Source: Tubiluchus corallicola (taxonomy: Eukaryota; Animalia; Priapulida). From it: a stretch of 64,000 nucleotides of DNA. The translations under genes and the position numbers were made by a program. Of this stretch, positions 1-14,167 are shown piece after piece. Under the pieces are notes generated by a model. It was not told the origin of the DNA. It did not search any database and was given only the letters and a program-made list of their open reading frames with translations. How positions within the stretch are numbered: the first letter of the stretch is position 1; each line of letters starts with the position of its first letter. Location: assembly GCA_030141605.1 (NCBI GenBank), contig JAQGDQ010000016.1, positions 436,282 to 500,281 on the forward strand. The letters are read 5' to 3'.

Positions 1-2414
1 GCATCAGACGCATGTTCCATTAAGCAGTGTTGGTTTTTTAATCCTTAAACAGTGAATGATGAATTGCAATGATTTTATTGTTTTCATCTGTTTTATCTGG
101 CAAATAAAGATTTAATATATTTTAATATTATGTTAAAAATTATTAAATTGTTAAAAACGGAAAAAGGACTTCGAAGCCAATACAGACTTATATATCCGAT
201 GTTTATTTGTTTATTAATTATCACAATTGAAAAGCAATAAGTGCTAGTAAAAGTTGACATACTGAGTAAAAGTGTACAAAATATAAATAATTATTCAAAA
301 AGTTGTTTGCATCATAAAAAATACGATTGTACTATACAAATACATCTACACACGCATGTGTAAAATCAGGAACATTACACCGAAATTAAATGTAGCCCCA
401 TTCGTTTTTTTAAAACACATAGAGAATTTGCTATGATTGGTTACTTGATTGGGAAGACTGTTTCACAATACAACACACTGATACTTAATAGAATGTTTAT
501 GACATTAGTTTTGAATTTAGGAATGTGGAATTTATTATGTTATCTGGTTGTAATAGTATGTACGTCATTATTAAAAAGAGATTAGAATACATCAGGTAAC
601 GCATTGTTAATGTACCTATATATATAAAACAAATATATGTTGGCTATTATTATATTAATGTAGTTACTGTCTATGATAGGCAAGCATCTCAGTATTGTGT
701 AACTGGTTTACATTTTTTGCTGCATCACATCACAAGTCAGTAATGAGCAAACAACAGTCTTAAACCAAAAATGCTTGCCATTTTCTGACAAATATGGCAT
801 TAGGTGGTCTGTGCACATGTTCTAGATGTCACATAATGCTCAAACCTGGGTCATTCTCTGGCTGTAGTTTTGTCTCTATTCAGCAGCAGCTAACTGGTTG
901 TTGTAAATAGCATTCTGGGGTTAATATTTTAGTGTGACCCATGAAGAACTGATACTATCTGGATGGGTGGTAGTGTAGTGGCAGCCATCTAGGATGCTAG
1001 TGAAGCAGCCGGAACACAACCATCTTTGAACTTTAAAGTAACAGGGGGCACAGGACACTACTTGAATACAGATTAACTAGTTTGGTAATGTACTATTTTG
1101 AGATAAGCCAGTTTCTTTTAATGTGAAATTTGTACTTTGAATTAACAGATTAAAGTGGCGATTTAAAGTGGTTATAATCTCGCGTTGCTGTTTGAGTTGC
1201 TGTTCTTATTTGGTTATGTTGCGCGATAACTTGCTGTGCTAATATTTATCACAGTATTATTTTAATGAGTAGCATACAATGGTAATTTAACACATCAATT
1301 TGATAAAAGTATAACATATTTTAAAAATGAGATGTAGAAGCTCTAGAATCAAGATTCAGACTGCGAGTTTAAATTTAAAAATGTCTGTTTTTCTTTTTTC
1401 TAATAACCTCTTTTTGGATTTTGGTTGGCATATGATTTTTTTTAAATAATCAGCAAAATTTCGCCTTTGAAAAGCAGTTTCATATTTGTTGCTTGAGTTT
1501 TTTCTAACTGGGCGTCTGCTTTAATTTTATTGCAACTTTTTCTGGAAGAAATTGAAATAATCATGCAGCCCTAATTAGAATATCATAAACACTGCTTTGT
1601 AGTAGCTTGTCAATGTCAGTCAAGGCGATGCGCAAAGAATTGCCGCATTTTGTCACGTATGAGAAAGATTGACGACATTAGCATGACAATCACACTTCTT
1701 AGAGAAGATCTTGCGTGGCTTCACATCCACGTTATATTTTGTTTCTTTGGCAAAATCGCGCGGCTCTCTTATCTAATTATTCCAATCCCAAAAGAATGTT
1801 GCGAGGATGCTATTGTATTGGCACAAATACCTAAATTAACGCTTTAGGTACCTAACAACACATAACAGAAAGCAAGCCAGTTAGGACTTTTAAGAGGACT
1901 GGTGAATCTCGGACAAAAATTTCATTGTAAGCGTGTGGAAATTATTATTGCGAAAAATATGATATTTCAAATTTCTCTTCATTGTATTATGATAGCACAT
2001 TAAATAAATGTTGTTATTAAAATTTTTGTAATGCCAATAATTATTTAGGCTCGGCATATAGTTACAATAAACTTTATAGTATTCTGTAATCTCTACAATT
2101 ACAGAATGAGAATGAATTTATCAGTACAACACCATAATTCCATCCCATAGGCTCTTAGGACAGCACTTCAATAGCAAAATATCAATGAGATTGAATCCAA
2201 AGCTATTGAAATGTCTTGTGAAATGCTACAATGTCCTTTAATTAATATGCGTATATGTGCGCATTAAGTTTTGTGTGCCAAGATTTGAAATAGGCCTGAC
2301 GACTTCTCCTCGGCAACTGTCAAAGAAAAACAAAACGTAATAAAGCAAAATGTTAATGCTACCAGTGGCAAAAATGGAGATGATGGTCGACGACGATCTT
2401 AATGTTTTGTGACA

Positions 2415-2448
<34 letters not shown>

Positions 2449-2735
2449 TGATGATAATGATTGTTGTATTGAAAGTCAAAAAGAAAACCAAGATCAAGAA
2501 GAAAGGGAAGATGATAATGATGATAGATGAAGGTTGTGGTTGGTGGAGGTGATGGCAGTGATGGTGGTGATGGCGGTGGTGATGATGGTGATGACTGTGA
2601 TGATAGTGAAATAATGATAATTATGATTATGAAGATGACGATGACGTTAACAATGACGATGATGGTGGTGCTAGTGGTAATGATGATGATAACGACGACG
2701 ATGATGATGATGATGATATGATGATGATAACGATG
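2415..2735. repeat. Compound (GAC)n/(GAT)n/(GGT)n trinucleotide low-complexity tract
   Basis: Visible runs of gac, gat and ggt units; they explain ORF 2527..2721 and the Ser-rich end of ORF 2627..3010. Confidence 0.9.
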
Positions 2736-2989
2736 ATATGACCATCCATGTTAAGAAGACGTGTGTGTGTGAAACGCGTATGAGGATGATGATAAAAGTT
2801 TAATTTTCTTTGACGTGCGTGTGTGAAGCGCGAAAAAAACAAAAATAAGTCAATGATCAGTTGAGGATCAAGTAATTGTTGGAAAGACTCAAGGTACACT
2901 AAACGGAAGGTTAATAATGAAAAAAGTAGCTTTTCGGTTGCACAATACGTCAGTGTGTAGTACTTGATGACTAACTTTTTGAAACACGT

Positions 2990-3480
2990 TTGGTTGCAAC
3001 TGTTTAACATCTAAAATTAAAACTGGCAGAGCTATACAAGCGTGTAGTCAAAAATTTCATCCATTTGCCAAGAATGAGTTGACATTATGAGTTTAAAAGG
3101 AAGATGTCCAACCAGTTTCAACTTTTTAGCATTAGATTTACATTTTACTAACTGATTTTACACTTAAATTTCATTTTCTTCTTGCTAGTTTTAAGGCTTG
3201 TTGATGATGCCGTTTTTCCTAGGCGCGTCTTGGTTGCAAAAATAATTGCACATGTTTTGTGCAAGACCAAATCATCGGCATACATGGCTAGGCATCGACA
3301 GAGCCTGTCATGTAGAACATTTATGTAGAGAAATGGAATAAGGGCCTTGAGGGCACTAAGTTTTAAAATAGACGTGAAAAGACTGACCTCAGTCTGTCAG
3401 AGTATGCAGCATTTTTGAAAATGTGTATAATTAATTGTACTGAGTAATTAACAAAATGGTTTCTGGTTGGCAAACAATTA
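2990..3480 (-). mobile_element. Decayed CR1/L2-type LINE reverse transcriptase fragment
   Basis: Minus-strand translation gives ...PFLYINVLHDRLCRCLAMYADDLVLHK, with the catalytic YADD at 3271-3282 preceded by an LYIND-like motif and followed by a KCK motif. Frames are broken and the boundaries are approximate. Confidence 0.7.
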
Positions 3481-3984
3481 GTGCTTTTGCTCCACTTTAA
3501 GGCTTAAGAAAATATGGTATGTTAAATAATTGCTGGCACGGTATGTTATTTTTACCTCTTGAACAGTAGAAATAAATGTTTGAGCACGAACCAATTCTCG
3601 TAGCTTTTAACCCCCTCCTCCATTCTTTCTCTCTTTCTCTTTTGCTTTTTCTATATAAGGGTAATGAACAGCAGCAATACAATTGCGAATGAATGCGGAT
3701 GTAATAATTATGTCTGGTATACGTTAAGCATACGTGCTAAATGACGATCCGTCGTATGTGTTTCAATATTACTTTATTTTATTTAGGCCTATGTTGGAGG
3801 TTATAGAAGGTTTAGTGGTTTTTAGTTGTGTCTGTTTGTAAATGGTACTTATGATTTGTGTATGATTGTATGAGTTGTACTATACGAAATAAAAAGTTAA
3901 ATTGAAATTCAATTTGCACTCTCTTTATGTCTCTTTCTCTTCTTCACTGTCTTCTTTCTCTTTTCTCTTTCTTTTTATGTCGGT

Positions 3985-4193
<209 letters not shown>

Positions 4194-5559
4194 TTTTCTT
4201 CCTTCTTTTTTGTTATCTTCTTTTTTCTATTTCGCAATAACATTTGCATTTTCTTTTTACATTTACTCCAAATTCTCTGCTTTGTTCTTCTTTTCTGATG
4301 GTTGTTTGTATGCTGTTGCTCATATGAATGCTTTTCCTCATATTTTTAAGGCACGTTTAATTTTTTTCAATGCTTCTCTTATTCATGTGATAGCTGACGT
4401 CGCGAAAAGCAATCTTTCAGGCGTTGCTGTTGAAGTGGTACTTTCATCCACTGTACAGAATTTTATATATTTACAAAGCTGTCCACATGTCGTCGGATGG
4501 TTTGATGTACTTGGCAAGTTCTATGCTTGCGTGTGTCGTGATGTATGTAAAACGCATCGGTAATGACGCATTGAGGTATGCAGTTCGGTGCTGGGCAAGC
4601 GCAAGGCTTCACAGATTCACGCCGCCTGGTCAGAGCATTATCGACACGCGCATGCTTTAGGAAAGTAATTTAGAATCAGTGAATGCTAATCTATTGTTAG
4701 TACTCTTTACAGAGCCGGCTGTAAACATAGTTTTTGTCGCAAAGCTAAAAGCAAACACCTAACCGCGGTAAGTCACAAAGTTACTTTTCTCTACAAAAAT
4801 TCTTACTAACATTTACTTTTCACTGATTTTGCTTTTTTTCACAACAAAAATTTCACATTAGTCAGAGAAACTGGGCATGCCGTCAGTTGTTTGAGGTGGA
4901 TGGTCATGATGGTGATGAAGTTGACAATAGAGAAAAGAGTGTGATTTAATTTGGAAAATATAAAACTAATATACTGAACAATTATTCTTAATATCGATGT
5001 TGAAATTTCCGTGAACTGGTCAACCAGCTGTTTACTTCAGGCAAACTATCTTGTGTAGTAGTTATAGAGGACAAGGACAGAACTGTACATAGTTGCACTA
5101 TAACTAGTTGTAGTCTGAGAAGTGCACTTGAGAACACCACACCTCAGCTGTGCACGACAAGAAACCATCAGAAAATAGCGTCAAAGACTGAAATCGCATT
5201 GATTCAGAACGTCGAAACTTATGCAGAAACACAAAAATCTAACAGTGTTGCAGTCAATGCGTATTAGAATCGCTCTGTTGAGACTGAAAGCTACTGATTT
5301 TTACCCGCTCAGATATTTCCAAGAAAGGAACTGCCGCACGTAATCAATTTTTGAAACTTTTGGTCGATAGAGAAGAACTTGTTATCAAGTCATCGACGCG
5401 GTCAAGGTAGGTAATTCTTACTGTTTATTCATGTTTTATTAATGAGACTTTTGCCACTTGCCACATCACTGTAGAAATATGAAATGTCATTTAATGTGAT
5501 AAGGCAATGAAATTAGCATTGCAGACGTTAAGATATTGAAAAAAGCGGTACGTGGACAA

Positions 5560-6350
5560 GGTCTTTCAGTTCATGTCTTAAGTGTATTTTTCTCAGTTTT
5601 TTTAGTTCTTGTAATTAGTTATAACTTTGTTAGACGAGAATGAGAATGATTACACCTGTCTCTGTCGTTGTACCGTTTTTAGTTAAAATATTTTACAACA
5701 TTTACTTAACAGTAAAACTGATACAAAAGTCTTCTGGTTACAGAGATAATACAAATACAATACATGAAAGACAAAGTGTAAAATTACTATCTACGTAACA
5801 ATTAGATAAGCCTATTAATTAATAAAAAAGATTGTCACAGTTTAGTAAGTATGAGGCAAACGAATGCATAATACATACCATTATCTACTAAATAATATTA
5901 AAGTTAGCTTAAGTTAAAACGTTTAGTTTCTTTAATATAGCTATGCACAACGGTATATATCCTACAAACGTTGAGATATTGCTGCCTTGGAGCCCATTAA
6001 GTAAAATGCGTGTTTTAACATTATTATTCTAATTTTCGTAATTTCCAAGGTTTTCATTTGGCAAATAGATTTGACAATGATACGGTCATACACAACGTCT
6101 AGCAGGACAGTAAAGTAGATAAAATTCAATAGTTTCCTTTTGAAAAGCCACAAGTACAACATTTGGAATTTAGTTACCATCACTAGATTTACAGTCATGA
6201 AGATTTAAATCGCAGTTCAATTGTGAGAATCCAAGCCTCTCATCAAATCAATCAAACTTAGGAGTTTCAACAGAATTTAAATGTGATTTAGTGTTATCTG
6301 AGGATAAGCTTACAGAAGACGAATTTCTAATGTAGTCTGGTAACTCGTTC
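5560..6350 (-). mobile_element. Highly decayed CR1-like LINE RT remnant
   Basis: ORF 5962..6198 (LDVVYDRIIVKSICQMKTLEI...AFYL) loosely follows the RT pattern AFD.V.H..L..KL...GI....SFL. Weak downstream motifs; boundaries approximate. Confidence 0.4.
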
Positions 6351-7285
6351 TGGTAACTGTTTTTAAATGTTTCAATGCGAATATTAAATAATAAAAAATG
6401 ATCAGAATTTCAGAGATTATACGTTTACATCTCAAATTTATGGGAATCGTTGTTCCGTTGGTACTAATAGCCGGTTACATAAAAGCCCTGCCAATTCGAA
6501 GTTGACGAGCCAGATCTCTGTTTATGCGGAGACTGTAGTAAATGTGAGAAAAATCGACCGAATTGTTACAACGTTCTAAATCTTGACGATGAATCTGTGG
6601 TTTTTTATTGGCGTCTCTAACTGACAAACTGACGTAAAGAAAGACGAAAGGTTAATGTCACAGCTGTAACAAAAAAGAATTTTTCTAAGTATATTAACTA
6701 TACCGTACATTTATCACCATGGAGGCTAGGTGTTGGTGGCGGTAGATAGCGGTAGTGCTACGATAGCAGCAGCAGTAGTAGTATATATATTAGAACTTTA
6801 GAAGATTGCTATTGACTTCCACAATTTACAGTAAGAAAGTTAATAATCAATGGTCTAATTACACACAATGAAAGTTTTCTTTGTAGTTTGCAGCATCTGT
6901 AATACGAAACAGAGAGTTTATTTATAGTTTTATTTACTTATTTATTTATTTATTTGTTTATTTACTTTTTACTTATTTTTAAAAGACAAGCTAATAAGTA
7001 ATATCTTCACTTGGAAGATTTTATTTTATATGGTGATATGGATGCGCAAGTTGCACAAATTCTGAAAACAACCAACAAATGATTATAACTCTAATGCAAC
7101 TTATTCAAACTTACTGAAACATGGGGAGCGTACGCATGCATAATATAATTGCGCAATATTTTCGTTTAGGTACACCACGAACAATAACATTGTGAATAAT
7201 TGCAATATAATTGCGCAATCTTCAGTATCGCGTAGAGACGATCAGTACTTTGAGTTTGAACGTATTTCCAGACAGTTAAGCCTAT

Positions 7286-8469
7286 TAGTCCAGTAAAATT
7301 AGCCCCCCCCCAAATGCATGACCTAGACAAATATATGGTATGGCTGAATTTTCGCACAGACACTCAGAAAGTCGTCCAAAACAACACATTAAAAATCCCC
7401 ATCAATTCACCCTGGGGAAGTAAATATATGGGACTTTACATTCAAAATGGCCGCCAATGCAGCATTAAAGTCAACTAGGTAGCGTTTAAGACGGCATAAA
7501 TGTATTAACTGCTGATATAAGCATGCATATGATCAGTAGAAAAAATAGTGTTTCAAGGTCATTCAAGGTCAAAGTCATCCAAAATGGCTGACAGTGCATC
7601 ATTAAAATCAAAATAACTCAATTAGGTGGTATTTAAGTCTGCATAAATGTATTGACAGCTAATATAAGCATACAAATGGCCTATAGGCAAAATTGCGTTC
7701 CAATGTCATCCATAATGGCTGCCAGTGCAGCATTGAAGTCAAAATAACTCACCTAAGTGGCATTTAAGACGGCATAAATGTATTAGCAGCTGATGAAAAA
7801 GTGTACTTACTGGCTTACTTACGGTTATGGTTGTCACACATCTTCCACAAAAACGTCTAATCTCTACATGTCATCATCTATGTCGTCAATCGCAGATACT
7901 TGATCAATTACTTCCTCCTTGTTTTGGCAAGTCTTGCTCGCGACAATGATAACAAGCTGCTACACAATAGAAACCATGCACTCGGCAAGAGCAAGCAGCC
8001 GTACAAGATGTCTTGCACTTAAATGCTAATATATTTATGCCATCTTAAATGCCATCTAGTTGAGTTATTTTGACTATAATGATGCACTGACAGCCATTTT
8101 GCATGACCTTGAATGACCTTGAAACACTATTTTTTCTATAGGCCATATGCATGTTTATATCAGCTGTTAATACATTTATGCTGTCTTAAATGCCTCCTAG
8201 TTGAGTTATTTTGACTTTAGTGATGCACTGACGGCCATTTTGAATGACTTTGTCATTGAATGACCTGAAACGCCATTTCTCGGATAGGCCACGTGCATGT
8301 TTATATTAACTGGTACTTCATTTATGCTACCTTAAAAGCCAAACTTTTTCCCCAGGGTGGATTTATGGCGATTTTTAATATATTGTTCTGGACGACTTTC
8401 CGGGTGTCTGTGCAAAAATTCAGCCACAGTATATTTTTATACTGGTCAAACCTTACTTTGACCGGACTA
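7286..8469 (-). mobile_element. Non-autonomous Academ-like DNA transposon with long modular inverted arms
   Basis: Termini are TAGTCC... and ...GGACTA, flanked by TAT on both sides (7283-7285, 8470-8472). 7335-7420 is an imperfect inverted copy of 8345-8435. Subrepeats of about 130-140 bp occur three times in the left arm (7443, 7581, 7712) and inverted in the right arm (about 8081, 8222). TAG termini with a 3-4 bp TSD are characteristic of Academ. Confidence 0.7.
7864..8023 (-). pseudogene. C-terminal Cys-rich CXC (tesmin-like) domain relic of a transposase
   Basis: Minus strand reads FKCKTSCTAACSCRVHGFYCVAACYHCR, then a frameshift, then SKTCQNKEEVIDQVSAIDDIDDDM-stop. This is a CXC Cys pattern ending in C.N plus an acidic tail, as in Academ transposase C-termini. 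Confidence 0.65.
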
Positions 8470-11400
8470 TATATTGCGCGTGCGTATGCAACTTGGGGCA
8501 CAAAGCAATGGCTTCTATTTCGGTAAATCGTTTGTTACACTGGCTGTTGTCCAACTGTCTAATTAACATGTGTAGCGTAAAACTAGCACGTTTTGCACAG
8601 ACAGAAGACACCAATTAAAGAGACCAATGTATTAAACTACTTTTATTGATGGGCAATAATTGTATTATTTTATGGGTGTCAAATAAACCAAACAAAACCA
8701 ACCCAAACCAAACCAAACTAAATATTCGTTCTTTTGTTCTTTTTTTAGTTGGAGCGTTAGCTTGAATGTGGCACTCTACCAGACGTACTTAATACATAAT
8801 CGCAACCGCTCGAAACGCTAGAAAAGTATATCAAAGTAAAACGCAGTGCCCTTGACTGTTTTACAGCATGAATTTTGCTCTTTCTTCCTTTTACAACCAG
8901 ACGTTTGCTCGTATTTCTTTTTTTGGCAACTTTTCCGGCAAGTAAATGAAGACAAATGCTCCGAAAGCGTGAGGCGTGTAAAAACACTCCAGAATTATCC
9001 CTGGACAATTGCAAAATTGACACGACTGGTATTTATATGAAATAGTGAAAATGCTAAGAAAGCGCCATAAATTATACGAATTTTTAACAAATTTCGTTGC
9101 AGAAAACTCTTTTTATGCTCCGCATAATAACTTTAGCATTTGATGTCGAACATTTTTTGTGCATTAAAACAGTCCTGAAATAGTTCTTATAACAAATATA
9201 AAACTCACCAAGTCTCTAAGCGAGAAAAACTGTTTGAATGAGCATTTTTGATCGTAGCGTACTGCGTACTGGGTATATAGAATATTATTTATTTATTTGT
9301 CTATTTTTTAATTATTTAGCTCTTTCTTTCCTTATTTGTGTTAATTTTTGCACCATCAAAACCAATTTGGCATACTATAAATAAATTCACGGCATTATCC
9401 CAGGCACGTTATCAAGTCGTGAAAATCTTCCTACTAAACAGGAAGCCCAAAGATTTCCATTCTGACGTCTCGGAGTTAGCGACTCCTTTTTTGTCAAGTA
9501 GCGCTTGAGTTGACTGAAGTCACACGTGAAATTGAAATTGCTCATTGACATTTCGTATCAGTATTTTCTCCCTGTCTTACACAGTTTGAGGATGTTAGCA
9601 CGAGTAACAGCTAGTTAAAACGATGGGATTTTTTTTCTGGTGCCTGTAGTTGCCATTAGTGGTCTCTTTCTACCGTTGCTGTACGTATAGAAGGCAGGGT
9701 AATTACAAGAAACCAAGTTCCAACTCAACAGGCATATCAGTCATGGTAAAATCAATAATTACAGTAAAGGTGGCATATGTTATGAAATATACCCAGAAAG
9801 AAATATGCGACTGAATTCTCACCATGTAACTCATTTCCTATGTGTAATGCTTAAAATTCCTATGCTTAAAAGAGTACTATTCAATATACCCGACATACCA
9901 AATTCGGAGACCCCAAGAGATTGTAGGTAGTTTTAAAATGGGATATGACTGGTACCTAATGGACGTTCTTTTTCACCGTTGATGTAAATAAAGCAAGTGA
10001 CTTGGATAGCCAGGCAAGAACACGTATTACCTAGTATGTGCCATTGTTGAAAGCATAACTTGTTGAAATTGTATTGCTGAGATTTTACACGTGCCAGCAA
10101 AGGACGGCATTGATCCAAAAATGCTAAAACCTATTGCTTTGCCTTAACACGTTCTCTGCGTAAACATTTTTATTTTCAAACTTGTAAATGTAGTAAGGTA
10201 AACTCTGTCCAAAGAGGTAGATGTCGCACAGAACTACGGCCCACATCTGTCCTTCTGGTAATGACCAGCTGAAGTCTCAGAACAACGAGTACCTATACTC
10301 GTTGTAGTTATATATTACACTTAGATGGCTACGACAGCAACGACAACGACGACAATGGTAGCGACAAAGCAACGAAAACAACAACAACAACATCAATGAA
10401 GATCTTTTAATAAGGAATGTTTATGTGAAAACTTAAACGATTTAATGTAACATTATATGTAACTCGGGTTTGCACAATAAAAGCAATGTAGGTCCGGAAA
10501 GATCTGCTAGGATGCACAGACATTTTCTATGGAGTCACATAGTTAACGTAAACAATTTATAAGGTCAACAAAGAATAACAGATCAAGTATAAAAAACAGC
10601 AGAGATTCAATCACATAAGCTGAAATACACAACGACAAATATAAAACAGTATGTTTACATCTGTGTGCAACCTATGTTGAGAGCAACAACCTAAGCCTAG
10701 ATATAACCAGAAGTGCCACTTTGCACAAAATCTAGCTTTATCTCAGATGTGGCATAAGTTCTTTATATTGGTCCTTTATGGTAAACGGCAATGTAAATAT
10801 GTGTGCCATCTCATAATTATTAACTTACTATCTATTTCTGCCTGCAAATAGATGCATACACTGTATTATTGCATTTTTGTATATATTCTAAATAAAGGTT
10901 CACAATCATCATCATCATCAATAAAAATGTCTGTGATCACAGCCATTTTATATCATAGTTGTCAATTTTCCTTCGGGATTGTGTCACCTTTTTGAAGAGA
11001 AAAATGCAAAGATATTTACAGAACTGTGAGCGAACAGAGCTTCCTTTTCCTTTTCCTCGGGTTTTTCCGTGTCTCACGAAACTGAAAAAAGGGAAATTTT
11101 AAAATCAGCATCAATTCAGCATACACGCATGTCTTTCCTTTCCAACATGTTTGTAAGGCTGCAATCAATGCAAGGCGAAACCACGCAGCTTGACGACTTT
11201 TTCGCAAGTTCACATTAAGAATGATTGAATTCTGTACTTATTACATAAGTACATCTACATGCGGATAGTCTGATGTATCTTAAATGGATAATTTTAGGCA
11301 CTGAATTAACGTTGATATACGAAACGGTAGCCATTAACAGAGTAATGTCGCGGTATTTGGAGGCGCCGCCATATTACTGGCGTGCCAATATTTTCTTTGC

Positions 11401-12299
11401 CGATAAGCTTTTATGAGTGACAAGGGAATATTGTCATAGGCAATTATATGTGCCGTCATTAAAAAGTTTTTGTCTGTTGACTTTTCCGACTATGTGCATT
11501 ATTATACGTCTTTGGCAAATGTTGCACATAAAACTCTGTTTTTATATTCACGCAAAGTCTATATAACTGAGGAATGTCCATGCTTAAGGAGTCTCTTCTG
11601 ACACTTCGCAAGGCGCACTTGCAAAGCGTGGTTCCGCCGTCCGGTTTCAATTACTAATTTACACGATTTCAAGTTTGGTCATCCAATAATTTGTCCTGAG
11701 TTCACGTTAAATCTAAACAATTTTTTTGCAATGAAAATTTTAATTTCTGGCATCAAATAATGTAATATGATGTAAACGCAGCGTCAGACTTTGAAAACCG
11801 TTCATGTTTTGTTAAATCATCATATTATGGTTCAGATTAAGCACAGCAATTGAGGCTGGTAAAAACACTGGTCTTTACAAGCAGACATTATCAGGAACAA
11901 ATTTTTCGTGGTTTTTATTTTGCATATTGTTCAAATTAACTAAGATGCCACAAAAACGTTGATTATTTTTTTGTTTTACGTCACGTGCTTCTTCTGTACG
12001 CCAATTACTGAAAAGCCCAATTTTGTGAACAATTCTCGTTATGCATTACGCAACCTGTCATGTTGTACGAATGCATGACAGCTGTCTCGCTTTATGTGGC
12101 ACAAGCTTGTTGTTCTACTTCGAAAAGATTAGCAGAATTGTACTAAAAATGATTGCTGTGTGTTAATGAAGTTAAAATTGCTGGCATACATAGCTTATCA
12201 AACGGTTTTTTTAACAACACAAGCCAGCCAATATGATTATTTTTTGGATATGCATATGATTACAGTGCTCGTGAGATGAGTGTTGAAATTCGCGTGATG

Positions 12300-12588
12300 T
12301 ATTTTGATGTATTACGTTGAAAATCTGTCTTAAGTTTAATGAAAAGGTTTGATTCTAGTGATAATTTAGAGTGCCAGAAAATTTTAGTAAGCGATGCTAA
12401 ATCGTCATTATGTACACTGCACATAAGACAGCGATGGTGTGGAGACTATTTTGCAGTTTTTATGTTTATCTAAGTTTGTGTGTGTGATTTGTTTGTGTTG
12501 TTTTTTGTTTTTATGATGTTGTATGTTGTATATATGTAAATTATAATATGAACTTATGTTTGAAATAAAGAATTAAATCAAATCAAAA

Positions 12589-12590
<2 letters not shown>
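12300..12590 (+). mobile_element. LINE 3' end fragment, probably the same group as 41384-43345
   Basis: T/G-rich 3' UTR ending TATGAAC-ttat-GTTTGAAATAAA followed by a short aaatc tail; the same terminal motif occurs at 43304 and 50096. Confidence 0.5.

Positions 12591-12592
<2 letters not shown>

Positions 12593-12644
<52 letters not shown>
12593..12644. repeat. (TC)n microsatellite
   Basis: Visible perfect dinucleotide run. Confidence 0.97.
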
Positions 12645-12646
<2 letters not shown>

Positions 12647-14167
12647 GCTCTCCTTCGCCTACATGTCCCAACTATGAATTTTGCAAGAGTTCAGGTAGAA
12701 TTCAATGATATGCACACACTAGCGTAAATTCACCGTCACTGGATATGACTCACACAGAAGACACAAGGTTCTTACAGGTTCGCTATTCTATAACGCAAAG
12801 TCATGTTCTACTAGTCGCAGCATCAATTGCGGCGCTAGTTGTCGGGTTGTTAAGTCGAACTATTGAGCAACATTATTAGGAAAATTTCCGTAACAACTGT
12901 TTCTAGTTATGCAGTCAGATGCATGGCTATTAATTCCTTTTTACCACAATGCTAAATGACAGTATGTAAAAAACTGCAAGATTTCATGATATAGCTATTT
13001 TATGATGATGGGTCGACCCTGTTATTGCTCGTGTTTCAATTAAATGCCACATACTCATACAGCACATCATCATTCGCGCTTAAAACCGCAAAGAATAGAA
13101 CAGCAAAATCTGATTTGTGAAGCATTCGGGCCTGTTAATCTTTTCTCTGTGTCTTGCTAAAAGGATTTCAGAATAAACGGATGATGAAACATTTTATTTT
13201 GTAAGTTATTAGACGAAGACAGTTTTAAAGAGAAAAATACTTTGTCTTTATCTTTATTACTAAACAGCGTTTCCGAGCAGAAAACTCACTGTTACACCGT
13301 TTTTCATAAGAAAGAATTTCTTTGAAGGAGTAAAATCCTGTTTAACTAGCGAAGGCTTCAGTATGACCTTGAAGGCGATGAGAGAAGTGTGAGAGGTGGC
13401 ACTCTAATTGCACACGGCTGCAGTTTATCTGCATTGTATGACAACCTTTAGAACTTTGAAGAACAAGAGTATTTTGCCATTACTAAGCTGTTAGAATTGC
13501 GATCAAACATGTCAGGCTTGTGCTTAATAGGCTCGATTTGTCAGTGAGTGTATGTATTAAATGGTTCAGTGAATTTTTGCTTTCGTACCTCGTTATATAT
13601 TTGTGTAATGCTTGTCATGTGTACTGTGTTTTTTAGTTGTGTTTTATGCGTTTTTAACTATGTTCCATTGCATTCCATTGCTATTTCTTTTAAAAAAATT
13701 TACAAAGAGCTTCACATTGATCATTTGCAAGACTTTTTTAGTGCGCCATTGTTCAAATATGGATAGTTTTTAAAAGAAAAACAGGATGATTTTTCGTATC
13801 CTACCACATTTTAAGTGAGGTAAAGAATTCATTCTAAAACCTTTAATATTACAAATTCGTTTCTGGTAATTTAGCTCAACGAGTAATGACGTCGCCAATG
13901 AACATAATTTTCAGTAGTACAAACATTCCATGAGGTGGTGACAGGTGTTTGCGAAAGCGAATATTGAAATACAGTGCCTAGTGTACCACATTCATTTCCA
14001 CATGTTTACGTCTATTTACAAATTTAATTATAAATTATTAGTTCTGGCATTTTCTGATTATTTTACTCCAGTTCTCCTTACTCATGGTTGCTATACCAAA
14101 CTTGCATCTGCTAATTATTTTATGCCACAGCACTCGACTAATTATCTTTAAACAAACAACTACCATA

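Noticed and set aside
11340-11700. Possible THAP relic (LRSVRRD...RLC) near a cgccgccatatt motif
   Set aside because: The conserved Trp and His are missing and no TIR pair was found.
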